Program-made: the position numbers and the translations under genes | DNA from: Malacoraja senta | Lineage: Eukaryota | NCBI GenBank assembly: GCA_038087875.1 | Contig: JAXLNO010005073.1 | Coordinates: 62,001-126,000 of the forward strand | DNA: 64,000 bases | Reading direction: 5' to 3' | Part shown: positions 13,701 to 24,914 of the stretch, piece after piece | Position numbering within the stretch: position 1 is the first letter of the stretch | How the letters are laid out: each line of letters starts with the position of its first letter | The notes under the pieces: model-generated | What the model was told of the DNA's origin: nothing | The model's input: only the letters and a program-made list of their open reading frames with translations | Databases searched by the model: none

Positions 13701-14907
13701 GGCCACTTTGTCCCAGGCCCAGAGCCAATTCTACTGGCCAGGCATGGCTCAGGACATCCGTGACAGGGTCTCCGTTTGCGCTGCCTGTAACAGTCTCCTG
13801 CCTCATCAGCAGCGCCAGCCCCTCCTGCAGCAGCCGGCCCCCGAGCTACCGTGGATGTATATTGCCACGGACCTTTTCGAATGGCGTGGCAAGCATTTCC
13901 TGGTCCTGGTGGACTCATACTCCAGTTGGTTTGAGGTGGATCAGCTGCCTTCCATCACCTCTGCCGCCGTCATCGGGAAGCTTCGCCAACACTTTTGCAC
14001 CCATGGACCCCCGGTGACCCTCCAATCGGACAACGGCAGCCAGTTCTCCAGCGCCGAGTTCCGTGCCTTTGCTGCCCGTTGGAACTTTCGTCACATCACC
14101 AGCAGCCCTGAGTATCCGCAGAGCAATGGCCTTGCGGAACGCGCCGTCCGCAGTGCCAAGGAGCTGCTGGAACACTGCCGCCTTTCACATTCCGACTTCT
14201 ACCTTGCCCTCCTCAACCTCCGCAACATTTCCCGCGACCCCGCGCTCGGTTCACCTGCCCAACGCCTCATGTCCCGCACCACTAGACCACCTCTCCCTGT
14301 CTCGCAACAGTCCCTCAAACCCTCAGCCCAGAACCCTGCTGCTGTCACAGAGCGCATCATCGAGAAGAAAGCCATCCAGAAGCGCTCCTTTGACAAGTCG
14401 GCCCGGCCGCTTCCTTGCCTGTTCCCGGGCCAGGTGGTTCGGATGCAGTCCCCCTCCGGGCACTACAGGCTGGCCGTAGTGGTTGGTAATGCCGGCTCTC
14501 CCCGGTCATACCTCGTCGACTATGAGGGCGCTATCTACCGTCGGTCACGCCAGCACCTCCTGCTCGTCAACGAGCCTCCTCCGCCTCCCGCGGACCCGTT
14601 TCAGCCACCTATCCCTTCCATTCTGCCCGAGGCTCCGCCAGCCCCTGTCACTCCACGCATGTCGCGGAAACTGCCCTCCCAGCTCTCTATGCCCCACGCT
14701 CACAAGCCTCTTTCCCCTGCCTTGCCTGCCAGCGTGCCCGTTTCGCCTCGCTGTACTCCTCCGTCTCCAGTTCGTTCCCCGCGCGGCTCTCCCACCTCTT
14801 TCCCTGACTCTGTCCCTTCTGCTCCTGCGGTTGAGGGGGAATGCGGGTTGCGCACCCGCTATGGCCGGTTGGTCAAGCCGCCTGTCCGTTACGGGGAGCT
14901 CGCTTAG
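10798..14907 (+). CDS. Gypsy Gag-Pol polyprotein, 1369 aa
   Basis: Two CX2CX4HX4C knuckles, protease DTGA, RT IVDD, RNase H DAS/EKE/TDH, integrase HHCC plus D-D-E (TDLF, SDNG, AERA), in PR-RT-RH-IN order. Confidence 0.95.
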   Translation: MSNSCRRPEILVFDTDIVHRWTVFQRDFEHYTAIAHPNATPAVQAHLLLNLAGPEAMDHYASFDFAPGEDRRDPVCLIDKFTALCDIPTNNIIERFKFFQRRQNPGEHIDAFIASLRHMARRCRLETISTDELIRDVLVNGLLNAKLRDELLMKPDLTLREAMYSARMASAVSSVSQPVSQDINFTGAAGRRRNAGPPRRNPAAMPAKVTPRRCPNCNFSFHQFNVCPAQGKTCNSCGKLNHFSAACRSRDKPLPAPRRNLNNLADPDSALGYQYQSDFDRSSSHGDSTVFLLLGAPAMITDPSVHVTVNGHSFSAKVDTGAFSNVMSISLFKRIRSGEIVTPDDTRLHVYGGGVLVPVGKATLICTVLETSRPLTFHLLDSDNVTLLGACACRDLGLVSFHRGIHLVQAPMDPLGEYPDRFDDILGKLPCDYKIVVDPSVDPVVRPAHRVSFAMKGRVESTLRDMVTMGILKEVSAPTRWVSNMVVAAKKDKSEIRICINPKDLNLAIKRPHYPMRTVEDVAAQVGPATVFSVLDAKSSFWQIPLDERSSFLTTFITPFGRFRFLRMPFGINSASEVFQRTMEQLFAGLPCAIIVDDILVYGRDVAEHDLHLRKVLDRARKINLKLNPKKCRFRVPEVTYVGHVFTAGGLKPDPQKTSAVTEMPAPTDVPGLQRFLGLVNYLGKFVPDLSELSAPLRELIKKDSAWIWLPHHQSAFVALKSKLTHTPTLKFFDLHRPIVLTCDASKFGLGAACLQLYDGLQLPVSYASRTMTPAEQRYAQIEKELLAVVFACSKFRDYILGNTFTIETDHQPLVTILNKPIHVASSRLQRMMLQLQRFTFRIVYRKGKDMFVADTLSRAPLPSVARHPYESSDLMVLNVNIVPSQQMQSLVKHTADDPALQELADVIRRGWPDRRSSLPAGALPYFLVRDELVLHDGVVVKGHKVVVPAALRDHYFQTAHNGHPGVEATLSQAQSQFYWPGMAQDIRDRVSVCAACNSLLPHQQRQPLLQQPAPELPWMYIATDLFEWRGKHFLVLVDSYSSWFEVDQLPSITSAAVIGKLRQHFCTHGPPVTLQSDNGSQFSSAEFRAFAARWNFRHITSSPEYPQSNGLAERAVRSAKELLEHCRLSHSDFYLALLNLRNISRDPALGSPAQRLMSRTTRPPLPVSQQSLKPSAQNPAAVTERIIEKKAIQKRSFDKSARPLPCLFPGQVVRMQSPSGHYRLAVVVGNAGSPRSYLVDYEGAIYRRSRQHLLLVNEPPPPPADPFQPPIPSILPEAPPAPVTPRMSRKLPSQLSMPHAHKPLSPALPASVPVSPRCTPPSPVRSPRGSPTSFPDSVPSAPAVEGECGLRTRYGRLVKPPVRYGELA

Positions 14908-14999
14908 CTGTGTTATGACACGATTAACTGTTCCCAGCGCGGTTTGTAATCCTAGCGTATGAGCCGTGGTCGCTCTGTGTATTGCCATGTTTTGTTTCC

Positions 15000-15010
15000 A
15001 AGAGGAGGGA
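15000..15010 (+). other. Gypsy polypurine tract
   Basis: AAGAGGAGGGA abutting the 3' LTR. Confidence 0.85.
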
Positions 15011-17429
15011 TGTAGATCAGTGCATGTTCCTTTAACTTAGTGACCTCACCACTACTAACCACTCCCCATTGTCTCTCCTATAATTGTAAGGTTCCCACCT
15101 CCAGCCCTCTCTCTAGCTCCAGTGATGACCACGGACAGCTATTGCAAGGTGTGTGTTAGTGATTTAATAAACCATCAATAAAAGACTCTGTGTAGGAACC
15201 AAGTCATTTTACACCTACTACCCTTTATAGACAATAGGTGCAGGAGTAGGCCATTCGGCCCTTCAAGCCAGCACAGCCATTCAATGTGATCATGGCTGAT
15301 CATCCACAATCAGTACCATGTTCCTGCCTTCTCCCCATATCCCCTGACTCTACTATCTTCAAGAACCCTATCTAGCTCTCTCTTGAAAGCATCCAGTGAA
15401 CCAGCCTCCACAACCATCTGAGGCAGAGAATACCACACACTCACAACACTCTGTGTGAAAAAGTGTTTCTTCATCTCTGTTCTAAATGGCTTGCCCCTTA
15501 TTCTTAAACTGTGGTCCCTGGTTCTGGACTCTCCCAACATCAGGAACATGTTTCCTGCCTCTAGCGTGTCCAAACCCTTAATAGTATTATATGTTTCAAT
15601 AAGATTCCCTCTCATGCTTCTAAACTCCAGAGTATACAAGCCCAGCCGCTCCATTCTCTCAGCATATGACAGTCCCGTCATCCCGGGAATTAACCTTGTA
15701 AACCTACGCTGCACTCCCTCAATAGCAAGAATGTCCTTCCTCAAATTAGGAGACCAAAACTGCACACAATACTCCAGGTGTGGTCTCACTAGGGCCCTGT
15801 ACAACTGCAGAAGGACCTCTTTGCTTCTATACTCAACTCCTCTTGTTTGAATCCTTTATCCTTTGAATGTAAAGGATGCCCTTCGTGTTCATATTAAACC
15901 TTATCATCTCACCTCAAACCCGTGTCCTCTGGTTCTTGATACCCCTACACTGGGTAAAAGGCTCTGTTCATTCAGCCTATCTATTCCCCTCAATAATTCA
16001 ACTATCTCAGCCTCCTGCACTCCAAGGAATAAAGTCTGAGGGAGCACAATTTTTCAGGCTCATACAGCTGATCCAATATTGGTCTCAACACCACCTTCCC
16101 ACTTTCCCCACGTCTCCTGACTTCTGTTGAGTTTATAGTCAATCATCCTCTACCTTGAACATAGTCAATGTCTCAGCCTCTGCAGCTCCTTTGGGAAGAT
16201 GACATCAAAAACTGTTGTGCCAGTCAGAGCAATATGGGATGTATTTGGTGTAATGACAAATCATTGTCCTCAATGAGAACTGTGCAATGGTCTTCTGATT
16301 TCTGCCAAAGCCATGGTCAACAGATTCACCTGTTGCAGGTGGACAGGAGAGGAGGAGGTCAAGTAGGTCAATCCCTTGTGTTGGCTCAATCTCTACCTGC
16401 TGTAGAAAGAGCCTGGCAGACACATCCTTCAGGGTTCAGCCATCTCAGTGAGTGGTCGTGTGACCAAGCCACTCCCAATGATGGATGCTGAGGTCCACAC
16501 CCAGTGTACACTCTGTACTCTTGCTTCTTTTAATGTCATTCGAGATTTTGTTCAGCTGACCAATGATGGTGGGCATTCATTAGGACAGTGAAAGCTTCCC
16601 ATGGTGAAATCTGTGGGCTCCTTCCCATGAAGAGGCAAGTGAGGAAACAGTATGTTCTTTCTCCTTTCACCAGGGCCAATCCTCTCTCCGGGAATGGTTC
16701 CGTTTATCCTAATGGGTGCAATGGAATTGCCAGCATGTTTAATGAACACAACCCTCTATGGAGGTTTTTTCATCATGAAATGGCAGGACCTCCCTGGATT
16801 GCATGTACTCTCTCGTGGAACATCAGGCCCAGCAGGATGCAGCAAAGCACCTGGAACTCTCCCATTTGAGATCCATTCGAAATGTTCAAAATCCCAAAGG
16901 TGCAAGTTCGATTCCAGATGGAATCTTTATTTGGGTATAATTCTATATCTGAACCCATTTGTATCAACACCAGTGGTGCCGGAACCCTGAGCTGGAGGGG
17001 GAGTGTCATTTAGTTTGACAAGAGGCAGTGTCAGTTACTGTGCAGTGTGAGGGAACCTCAGCTTGTCCTGTGCTGGGCTCAAAGCCACGTTGCTGCTTCT
17101 CCAGAATTCCACACAAGTTCCTCTGCAGAAGGTCAGTAAACTTCAGACATTATTCTTCATTGGTAATAGTGGATTAAATGAACGGGATTAAATGATTGAA
17201 ATGTAGTTTGCAAAACTGATGTACTTCTTCAAATGTTATTGTGAAATGTGTTCCCCTATTACAATGATGGTGTCTTCACTAAAAAGGGAACAAATGTCAT
17301 TGTTTTTGCTACATCCGACTGATTAAAATCTAAAATAGCAGTGTTTCTCTTGACTATTCAAATTCATTTTATTCTTTCCAATGAATAAAGCTAATGTTAT
17401 TATTCTTTCAAATGATTCTATTTTTTTTC

Positions 17430-18185
17430 CAATGTTCAATAGATTCAGGATCAGTTCATGTGGATTGGAGGGTAGCTAATGTTATCCCACTTTTTATGAA
17501 AGGCGGGAGAGAGAAAGCAGGGAATTATAGACCAGTTAGCCTGACATCAGTGGTGGGGTAGATGCTGGAGTCAATTCTAAAAGATGAGATAGCCGCACAT
17601 TTGGATAGCAGTAACAGGATCGGTCCAAGTCAGCATGGATTTACGAAAGGAAATCATGCTTGACTAAATCTTCTGGAATTTTTTGAGGATGTAACTTGGA
17701 AAATGGACAAGCGAGAGCCAGTGGATGTAGTGTACTTGGACTTTCAGAAAGCATTGGATAAGGTCCCACATAGGAGATTTGGGCAAAATTAGGGCACATG
17801 GTATTGGGGTAGAGTGCTGACATGGATAGAGAAGTGGTTGGCAGACAGGAAACAAAGAGTCGGGATTAGCGGGTCCCTTTCAGAATGGCAGGTAGTGACT
17901 AGTGGGGTACGGCAAGGCTCGGTGCTGGGACCGCATCTATTTACAATATACTGTACATCAATGATTTGGATGAAGGGATTCAAAGTAACATTAGCAAATT
18001 TGCAGATGACACAAAGCTGGGTGGCAGTGTGAACTGTGAGGAGGATGCTATGAGAATGCAGGGTGACTTGGACAGGTTGGGGGAGTGGGCAGATGCATGG
18101 CAGATGAAGTTTAATGTGGATAAATGTGAGGTTATCCACTTTGGTAGCGAAAACAGGAAGGCAGATTACTATCTAAATTGCGTCA
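17430..18185 (+). mobile_element. CR1 RT fragment
   Basis: [12 protein letters not shown]...[11 protein letters not shown]. Confidence 0.9.
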
Positions 18186-19030
18186 AATTAACCTTGTAAA
18201 CCTACGCTGCATTCCCTCAATAGCAAGAATGTCCTTCCTCAAATTAGGGGACCAAAACTGCACTTAATACTCCAGGTGTGGTCTCACTAGGGCTCTGTAC
18301 AACTGCAGAAGGATCTCTTTGCTCCTATATTCCTCCTCTTGTTATAAAGGCCAACATGCAATTTGCTTTCTTCACTGCCTGTTGTACCTACATGCTTACT
18401 TTCATAGACTGATGAACAAGGACCCCCCAGATCCCGTTGTACTTCCCCTTTTCCCAACTTGACGCCATTTAGATAGTAATCTGCCTTGCTGTTTTTGCTA
18501 CCAAAGTGGTTAACCTCACATTTATCTGCATTAAACTTCATCTGCCATGCATCTGCCCACTCCCCCAACCTGTCCAAGTCACCCTGCATTCTCATAGCAT
18601 CCTCCTCACAGTTCACACTGCCACCCAGCTTTGTGTCATCTGCAAATTTGCTAATGTTACTTTGAATCCCTTCATCTAAATCATTGATGTATTTTGTAAG
18701 TAGCTGCGGTCCCAGCACCGAGCCTTGCGGTACCCAACTTTCATAATTGACTCCAGCATCTTCCCCACCACCGATGTCAGGCTAACTGGTCTATAATTCC
18801 CTGTTTTCTCTCTCCCGCCTTTCTTAAAAAGTGGGATAACATTAGCTACCCTCCAATCCACAGGAACTGATCCTGAGTCTATAGAACATTGGAAAATTAC
18901 CATCAATTCATCCACGATTTCTAGAACCACTTCGTTAAGTACCCTGGGATGCAGACCATCAGGCCCTGGGGATTTATCAGCCTTCAGTCCCATCAGTCTA
19001 TCCAACACCATTTCCTGCCTAATGTGAATT
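18186..19030 (-). mobile_element. CR1 RT fragment, opposite orientation, internally deleted
   Basis: ORFs 18287-18718 and 18676-19011. Confidence 0.9.
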
Positions 19031-22000
19031 AGGCGATTCTGTGGACGCAGTCAGGAGACCCGGATGGTAGTTTGCCTCCCTGGTGCCAGGGTCTGGGATG
19101 TGTCTGAACGTGTCCAAGATATCCTGAAATGGGAGGGAGAGGAGCCTGAGGTCGTGGTACATATAGGTACCAATGACATAGGTAGAAAAAGAGAAGAGGT
19201 CCTGAAAGGAGAATTTAGGGAGTTAGGAAGAAAGTTAAGGAGAAGGACCGCAAAAGTAACAATCTCAGGATTACTGCCTGTGCCACGTGACAGTGAGAGT
19301 AGGAATGGAGTGAGGTGGAGGATAAATTTGTGGCTGAGGAACTGGTGCAGAGGGCAGGGATTCAAGTTTCTGGATCATTAGGACCTCTTTTGGGAAAGGT
19401 GTGACCTGTACAAAAAGTACAGGTTGCACTTGAACCCGAGGGGAACCAATATCCTGGCGGCGAGATTTGCAAAGGCTACTGGGGAGACTTTAAACTAGAA
19501 CGGTTGGGGGGAGGGACTCAAATAGAGAAAGCTAGTAGTCATTGTGTGAGGCAGGAGGCAGAGAAGGGAAGCACTCAGACCCAACATGTAGGGGAGACAG
19601 AAGAAAAAGATAATAAACAGAGAATAAGAGGTGGTGGGTTTCTTAAATGTGTATATTTTAATGCTAGGAGCATTGTAAGAAACGTGGATGAGCTTAGAGC
19701 CTGGATTGACACCTGGAAGTATGATGTTGTGGCGATTAGCGAAACATGGTTGCAGGATGGTGTGATTGGAAACTAAATATTCCAGGATTTCATTGCTTCA
19801 TGTGTGATAGAATTGGAGGGGCAAGAGGTGGAGGTGTTGCATTGCTTGTCAGGGAAGATATTACAGCAGTGCTTTGGCAGGATAGATTAGGGGGCTCGTC
19901 TAGGGAGGCTATTTGGGTGGAACAAAGAAATGGGAAAGGTGTAGCAACACTTATAGGGGTGTATTATAGACCGCCTAATGGGGAGCAAGAATTGGAAGAG
20001 CAAATATGTAAGGAGATAGCAGATATTAGTAGTAAGCACAAGGTAGTGATTGAGGGTGATTTCAATTTTCCACACATAGACTGGAAACACATTCTGTAAA
20101 AGGGCTGGATGGTTTGGAGTTTGTAAAATGTGTGCAGGATAGTTTTTTGCAGCAATACATAGAGGTACCTACTAGAGAAGGGGCAATGCTGGATCTCCTG
20201 TTAGGAAATGAGACAGGTCAGGTGACGGAGGTATGTGTTGGGGAGCACTTCGAGTCCCGTGATCACAATGCCATTAGTTTCAATATAATTATGGAGAAGG
20301 TCAGAACTGGACCAAGGGTTGAGAATTTTGATTGGCCAAAAGCTAATTTTGAGGAGATGCGAAAGGATTTAAAAGGAGTGAATTGGGACATTTTGTTTTA
20401 TGGGAAGGATGTAGTCGAGAAATGGACGACATTTAAAGGTGACATTTTAAGAGTACAGAATCTTTATGTCCCGGTTCGGTTGAAAGGAAAGAGTAATAAT
20501 TGGAAAGAGCCATGGGTTTTCAAGGGAAATTGGACACGGTTCAGAAAAAGAGAGAGATCTACAATAATTATAGGCAGCATGGAGTAAATGAGTTGCTTGA
20601 AGAGTATAAAGAATGTAAAAAGAATCTTAAGAGAGAAATTAGAAAAGCTGAAAGAAGATATGAGGTTGCTTTGGCAAGTAAGGTGAAAGTAAATCCAAAG
20701 GGTTTCTACAGCTATATTAATATAAAAGGATAACGAGGGATAAAATTGGTCCGTTAGTGTCAGAGTGGACAGCTATATGCAGAGCCAAAAGAGATGGGGG
20801 AGATATTGAACAATTTCTTTTCTTCGGTATTCACCAAGGAGAAGGATATTGAATTATGTGAGGTAACGGAAACAAGTAGAGCAGCTATGGAAACTATGAG
20901 GATCAAAGAAGAGGAGGTGCAGACACTTTTGAATAATATAAAAATGGATAAGTCTCCAGGTCCTGACAGGATATTCCCTAGGACATTGAAGGAAGTTAGT
21001 GTAGAAATAGCAGCGGCTATGACAGAAATATTTCAAATGTCATTAGAAACGGGAATGGTGCCGGAGGATTGGCGTACTGCGCATGTTGCTCCGTTCTTTT
21101 AAAAGGGTTCTAAGAGTAAACCTAGCAAGTATAGACCTGTTAGTTTGACGTCAGTGGTGGGCAAGTTAATGGAAAGGATACTTAGAGATAATGTATATAA
21201 TCATCTGGATAAACAGGGTCTGATTAGGAACAGCCAACATGGATTTGTGCCTGGAAGGTCATGTTTGACTAATCTTCTTGAATTTTTTGAAGAGGTTACT
21301 AGGGAAATTGATGAGGGTAAAGCAGTGGAAGTTGTCTATATGGACTTCAGTAAGGCATTTGACAAGGTTCCTCATGGAAGGTTGGTTAAGAAGATTAAAT
21401 TGTTGGGTATTAATGGTGGAGTAGCAAGATTCCAATTCAATTTATTTGTCTTTTGAGGGACAAATTTGTCATTTGGACCCCTTGAGGTCCAAACGAAATG
21501 TCGTTTCTGCAGCCATACAATACAAAACAAAGAAGACCCGAGACACAACACAATTTACACATACATCCATCACAACGCTGTGATGGAAGGCAAAAATAAC
21601 GTATCTCTCCACTGCACTCCCCCCCCCCCGATGTCAGAGTCAAAGTCAAAGCCCCCGGCGGGCGATGGTGATTGTCCCGCAGCCATTAAAGCCACGCCGG
21701 GTGATGCAAGGTCGCGCACCGGGTCTTGGTGTTAGAGCCCCGGCGCTCGCCCGCAAAGTCCGGCAGCCATTCCAAGCCGCGCGGGGGTATAAAGCCCCGC
21801 TCCAGGTGCTCCTCAACCCCGCAACTCGGGCGGGAGAAGTCGCCGCTGCGGAAGCCCCGAAAAGCAGTCTCCCACCAGGGGACCCGCGGGCTTCCGGTGT
21901 TGCCGTCCGCCAGACCCGCGGTTGTAGCCTCCGAATCTCCGGGGGTCGGGTCGCAGCAGCGCTCCACCACAGCTCCACCCGCTCCGGACTCGGCCAGCCC

Positions 22001-23410
22001 CGTGACGGTGAGTAGTCCGCAGCTCCGCAACTGGAGCCCTAGGTCGTTCCTGCTGGAGGCCGCTCCACGTTGCCCAGCCCCAACGACAACGGAGACCCGA
22101 CAAAGAAAAGGTCGGGTCTCCCGTGCAGCGGAAAGATTTTAAAGTTTCCTCCCCCCACCCCCACCCCCACCCCCCCACACACATACCCCGACAAAAAAAA
22201 TAATAAAAACTACATAAAAACGAGACAAAAATAATAAAAAGACAGACGGACTGCAGAGGCCGCTGCAACGAAAAGTCGCGCCGCCCACCAAGATGGATTC
22301 AACAGTGGCTGAATGGGAGATGTCAGAGAGTAATGGTGGATGGCTGTTTGTCAGGTTGGAGGCTGGTGACTAGTGGGGTGCCTCAGGGGTCTGTGTTGGG
22401 TCCACAGTTGTTTGTCATGTACATCAATGATCTGGATGATGGTGTGGAAAATTGGATTAGTAAGTATGCAGATGATACTAAGATAGGTGGTGTGGTGGAT
22501 AATGAAGTAGATTTTCAAAGTCTACAGAGAGATTTAGGCCATTTGGAAGAGTGGGCTGAAAGATGGCAGATGGAGTTTAATGCTGATAAATGTGAGGTAC
22601 TACATCTCGGCAGGACAAATCAAAATAGGACGTACATGGTAAATGGTAGAGAATTGAGGAATGCAGTTGAACAGAGGGATCTAGGAATAACTGTGCATAG
22701 TTCCCTGAAGGTGGAATCTCATGTAGATAGGGTGGTACAGAAAGCTTTTGGTGTGCTGGCCTTTATAAATCAGAGCATTGAATATAGAAGTTGGGATGTA
22801 ATGTTAAAATTGTACAAGGCATTGGTGAGGCCAATTCTGGAGTATGGAGTGCAATTTTGGTCGCCTAATTATAGGAAGGATGTCAACAAAATAGAGAGAG
22901 TACAGAGGAGATTTACTAGAATGTTGCCTGGGTTTCAGCAACTAAGTTACAGAGAAAGGTTGAACAAGTTAGGTCTTTATTCTTTGGAGCGCAGAAGGTT
23001 AAGAGGGGACTTAATAGAGGTCTTTAAAATTATGAGCGGGATAGACAGAGTTGACGTCGATAAGCTTTTTCCATTGAGAGTAGGGAAGATTCAAACAAGG
23101 GGACATGACGAGAATTAAGGGACAGAAGTTTAGGGGTAACATTAGGGGGAACATCTTTACTCAGAGAGTGGTGCTGTGTGGAATGAGCTTCCAGTGGAAG
23201 TGGTGGAGGCTGGTTCGATTTTATACTTTAAAAATAGATTGGATGGGTATATGGACGGGAAAGGAATGGAGGGTTATGGTCTGAGTGCAGGTAGATGGGA
23301 CTAGGGGGAAGTATATATATTTTTTTGAAACAAGAAAAAAAAAATCTGGCACGGACTTGAAGGGCCGAGATGGCCTGTTTCCGTGCTGTAATGGTTATAT
23401 GGTTATATGG
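19030..23410 (+). mobile_element. Long CR1 (ORF1 esterase remnant, EN, RT, 3' tail) interrupted by the GC-rich element
   Basis: CLPGARV...VVHIGTND (SGNH-like), FNARS, GDFN, PQGSVLGP, YADD, (GGTTATAT) tail. Confidence 0.92.
21431..22288 (-). mobile_element. GC-rich non-autonomous retroposon-like element, copy 2, inserted in a CR1
   Basis: 6-bp TSD CAAGAT at 21425-21430 and 22289-22294 splits CR1 RT at GVAR|WIQQW. Confidence 0.8.
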
Positions 23411-24690
23411 ACGCATTGGTGATCATTTTCCAATGTTCAATAGATTCAGGATCAGTTCCTGTGGATTGGAGGATAGCTAATGTTATCCCACTTTTCAAGA
23501 AAGGAGCGAAAGAGAAAACGGGGAATTACAGACCAGTTAGCCTGTCTTCGGTGGTGGGAAAGATGCTGGAGTCAATTATTAAAGAGGTAATAATGGGGCA
23601 TTTGGATAGCAGTAAAAGGATTAGTCCAATTCATCATGGATTTATGAAAGGGAAATCATGCTTGACTAATCTTCTGGAATTTTTTGAGGATGTGACAAGT
23701 AAAATGGATGAATGGGTGCCAGTGGATGTAGTGTATTTCAGAAAGCCTTTGATATGTTCCCGCACGGGAGACTGGTGACTAAAATTAGAGCACATGGTAT
23801 TGGGGGTAGGGTGTTGACATGGATATAACATTGGTTGGCAGACTGGAAGCAAAGAGTAGGAGTGAACGGGTCCTTTTCAGAATGGCAGGCAGTGGCGAGT
23901 GGAGTGCCGCAAGGCTCGGTGTTGGGGCCGCAACTGTTTACCATATATATTAATGATTTGGAAGAGGGAATTAGGTGCAACACTAGCAAGTTTGCGGATG
24001 ACACAAAGCTGGGTGGCAGTGTGAACTGTGAAGAGGATGTTAGGAGGGTGCAGGGTGACCTGGACAGATTGAGTGGGCAGATGCAGTATAATATAGATAA
24101 ATGTGAGGTTATCCACTTTGGCGGCAAAAACAAGGGGGCAGATTATTATCTCAATGGGGTTAGGCTAGGTAAGGGGGAGGTACAGCGAGACCTGGGTGTC
24201 CTTGTACACGGGTCACTGAAAGTTGGCTTACAGGTACAGCAGGTAGGAAAGAAAGCTAATGGAATGTTGGCCTTCATACAAGGGGATTCAGGAGTAAAGA
24301 CGTTCTTCTGCAGTTGTACAGGGCTCTGGTGAGACCACATCTGAAGTTTGTCTAAAGTTTTGGTCTCCTAATTTGAGGAAGGACATCCTTGTGATTGAGG
24401 CAGTGCAGCGTTGGTTCACGAGATTGATCCCTGGGATGGCGGGACTGTCATATGAGGATAGATTGAAAAGACTAGGCTTGTATTCACTGGAGTTTAGAAG
24501 GATGAGGGGGGATCTTAAAGAAACATAAAATCATAAAAGGACTGGACAAGCTGGATGCAGGAAAAATGTTCCCAATGTTGGGCGAGTCCAGAACCAGGGG
24601 CCACAGTCTTAGAATAAAGGGGAGGTCATGTAAGACTGTGTTGAGAAAAAACGTTTCAACCCAGAGAGTTGTGACCTTTTGGAATTCCTC
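23407..24690 (+). mobile_element. CR1 RT and 3' fragment
   Basis: ORFs 23407-23778, 23835-24332 and 24566 onward. Confidence 0.88.
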
Positions 24691-24914
24691 TCCTCAGCCT
24701 CCTAGCCCTAGACTCTCGAGCCAAAGACTCTCACTTTTCTCACAGGGCACTTCCCTCACAAGGCCGCTGCCTTACTGCCGATCCCTAAGAGCCGTCTTCC
24801 TTATATTGAGTTATATAAGTTATATAAAGTTATATGGAAGCATACATAGCAGCAGATGTCAATTATTTTACGTAATCATTATAAACATGTCCGAGACGCT
24901 ACATCTTGAAAATA

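Larger units (their letters stand above)
10490..15213 (+). mobile_element. Full-length Ty3/Gypsy LTR retrotransposon
   Basis: 203-bp TG..CA LTRs (10490-10692 and 15011-15213) with 1 mismatch; TSD CCTAC at 10485-10489 and 15214-15218; PBS; PPT; single ORF. Confidence 0.97.
1..18185. repeat. Large inverted segmental duplication (left arm <=1-6186, right arm 8632-~18185)
   Basis: Colinear reverse-complement matches in both unique and repeat sequence, e.g. 150-620 with 16965-17430, 1390-3100 with 15220-16960, 3110-3745 with 9865-10489, and 4960-6186 with 8632-9860. Confidence 0.92.

Noticed and set aside
11272-14988. Many short ORFs overlapping the Gypsy ORF on both strands
   Set aside because: Shadow ORFs of a GC-rich coding sequence, with no motifs of their own.
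1-18185. The inverted duplication as a simple assembly artefact
   Set aside because: The arms differ by scattered substitutions and by independent insertions and deletions with clean junctions. A haplotype mis-join cannot be fully excluded without reads.
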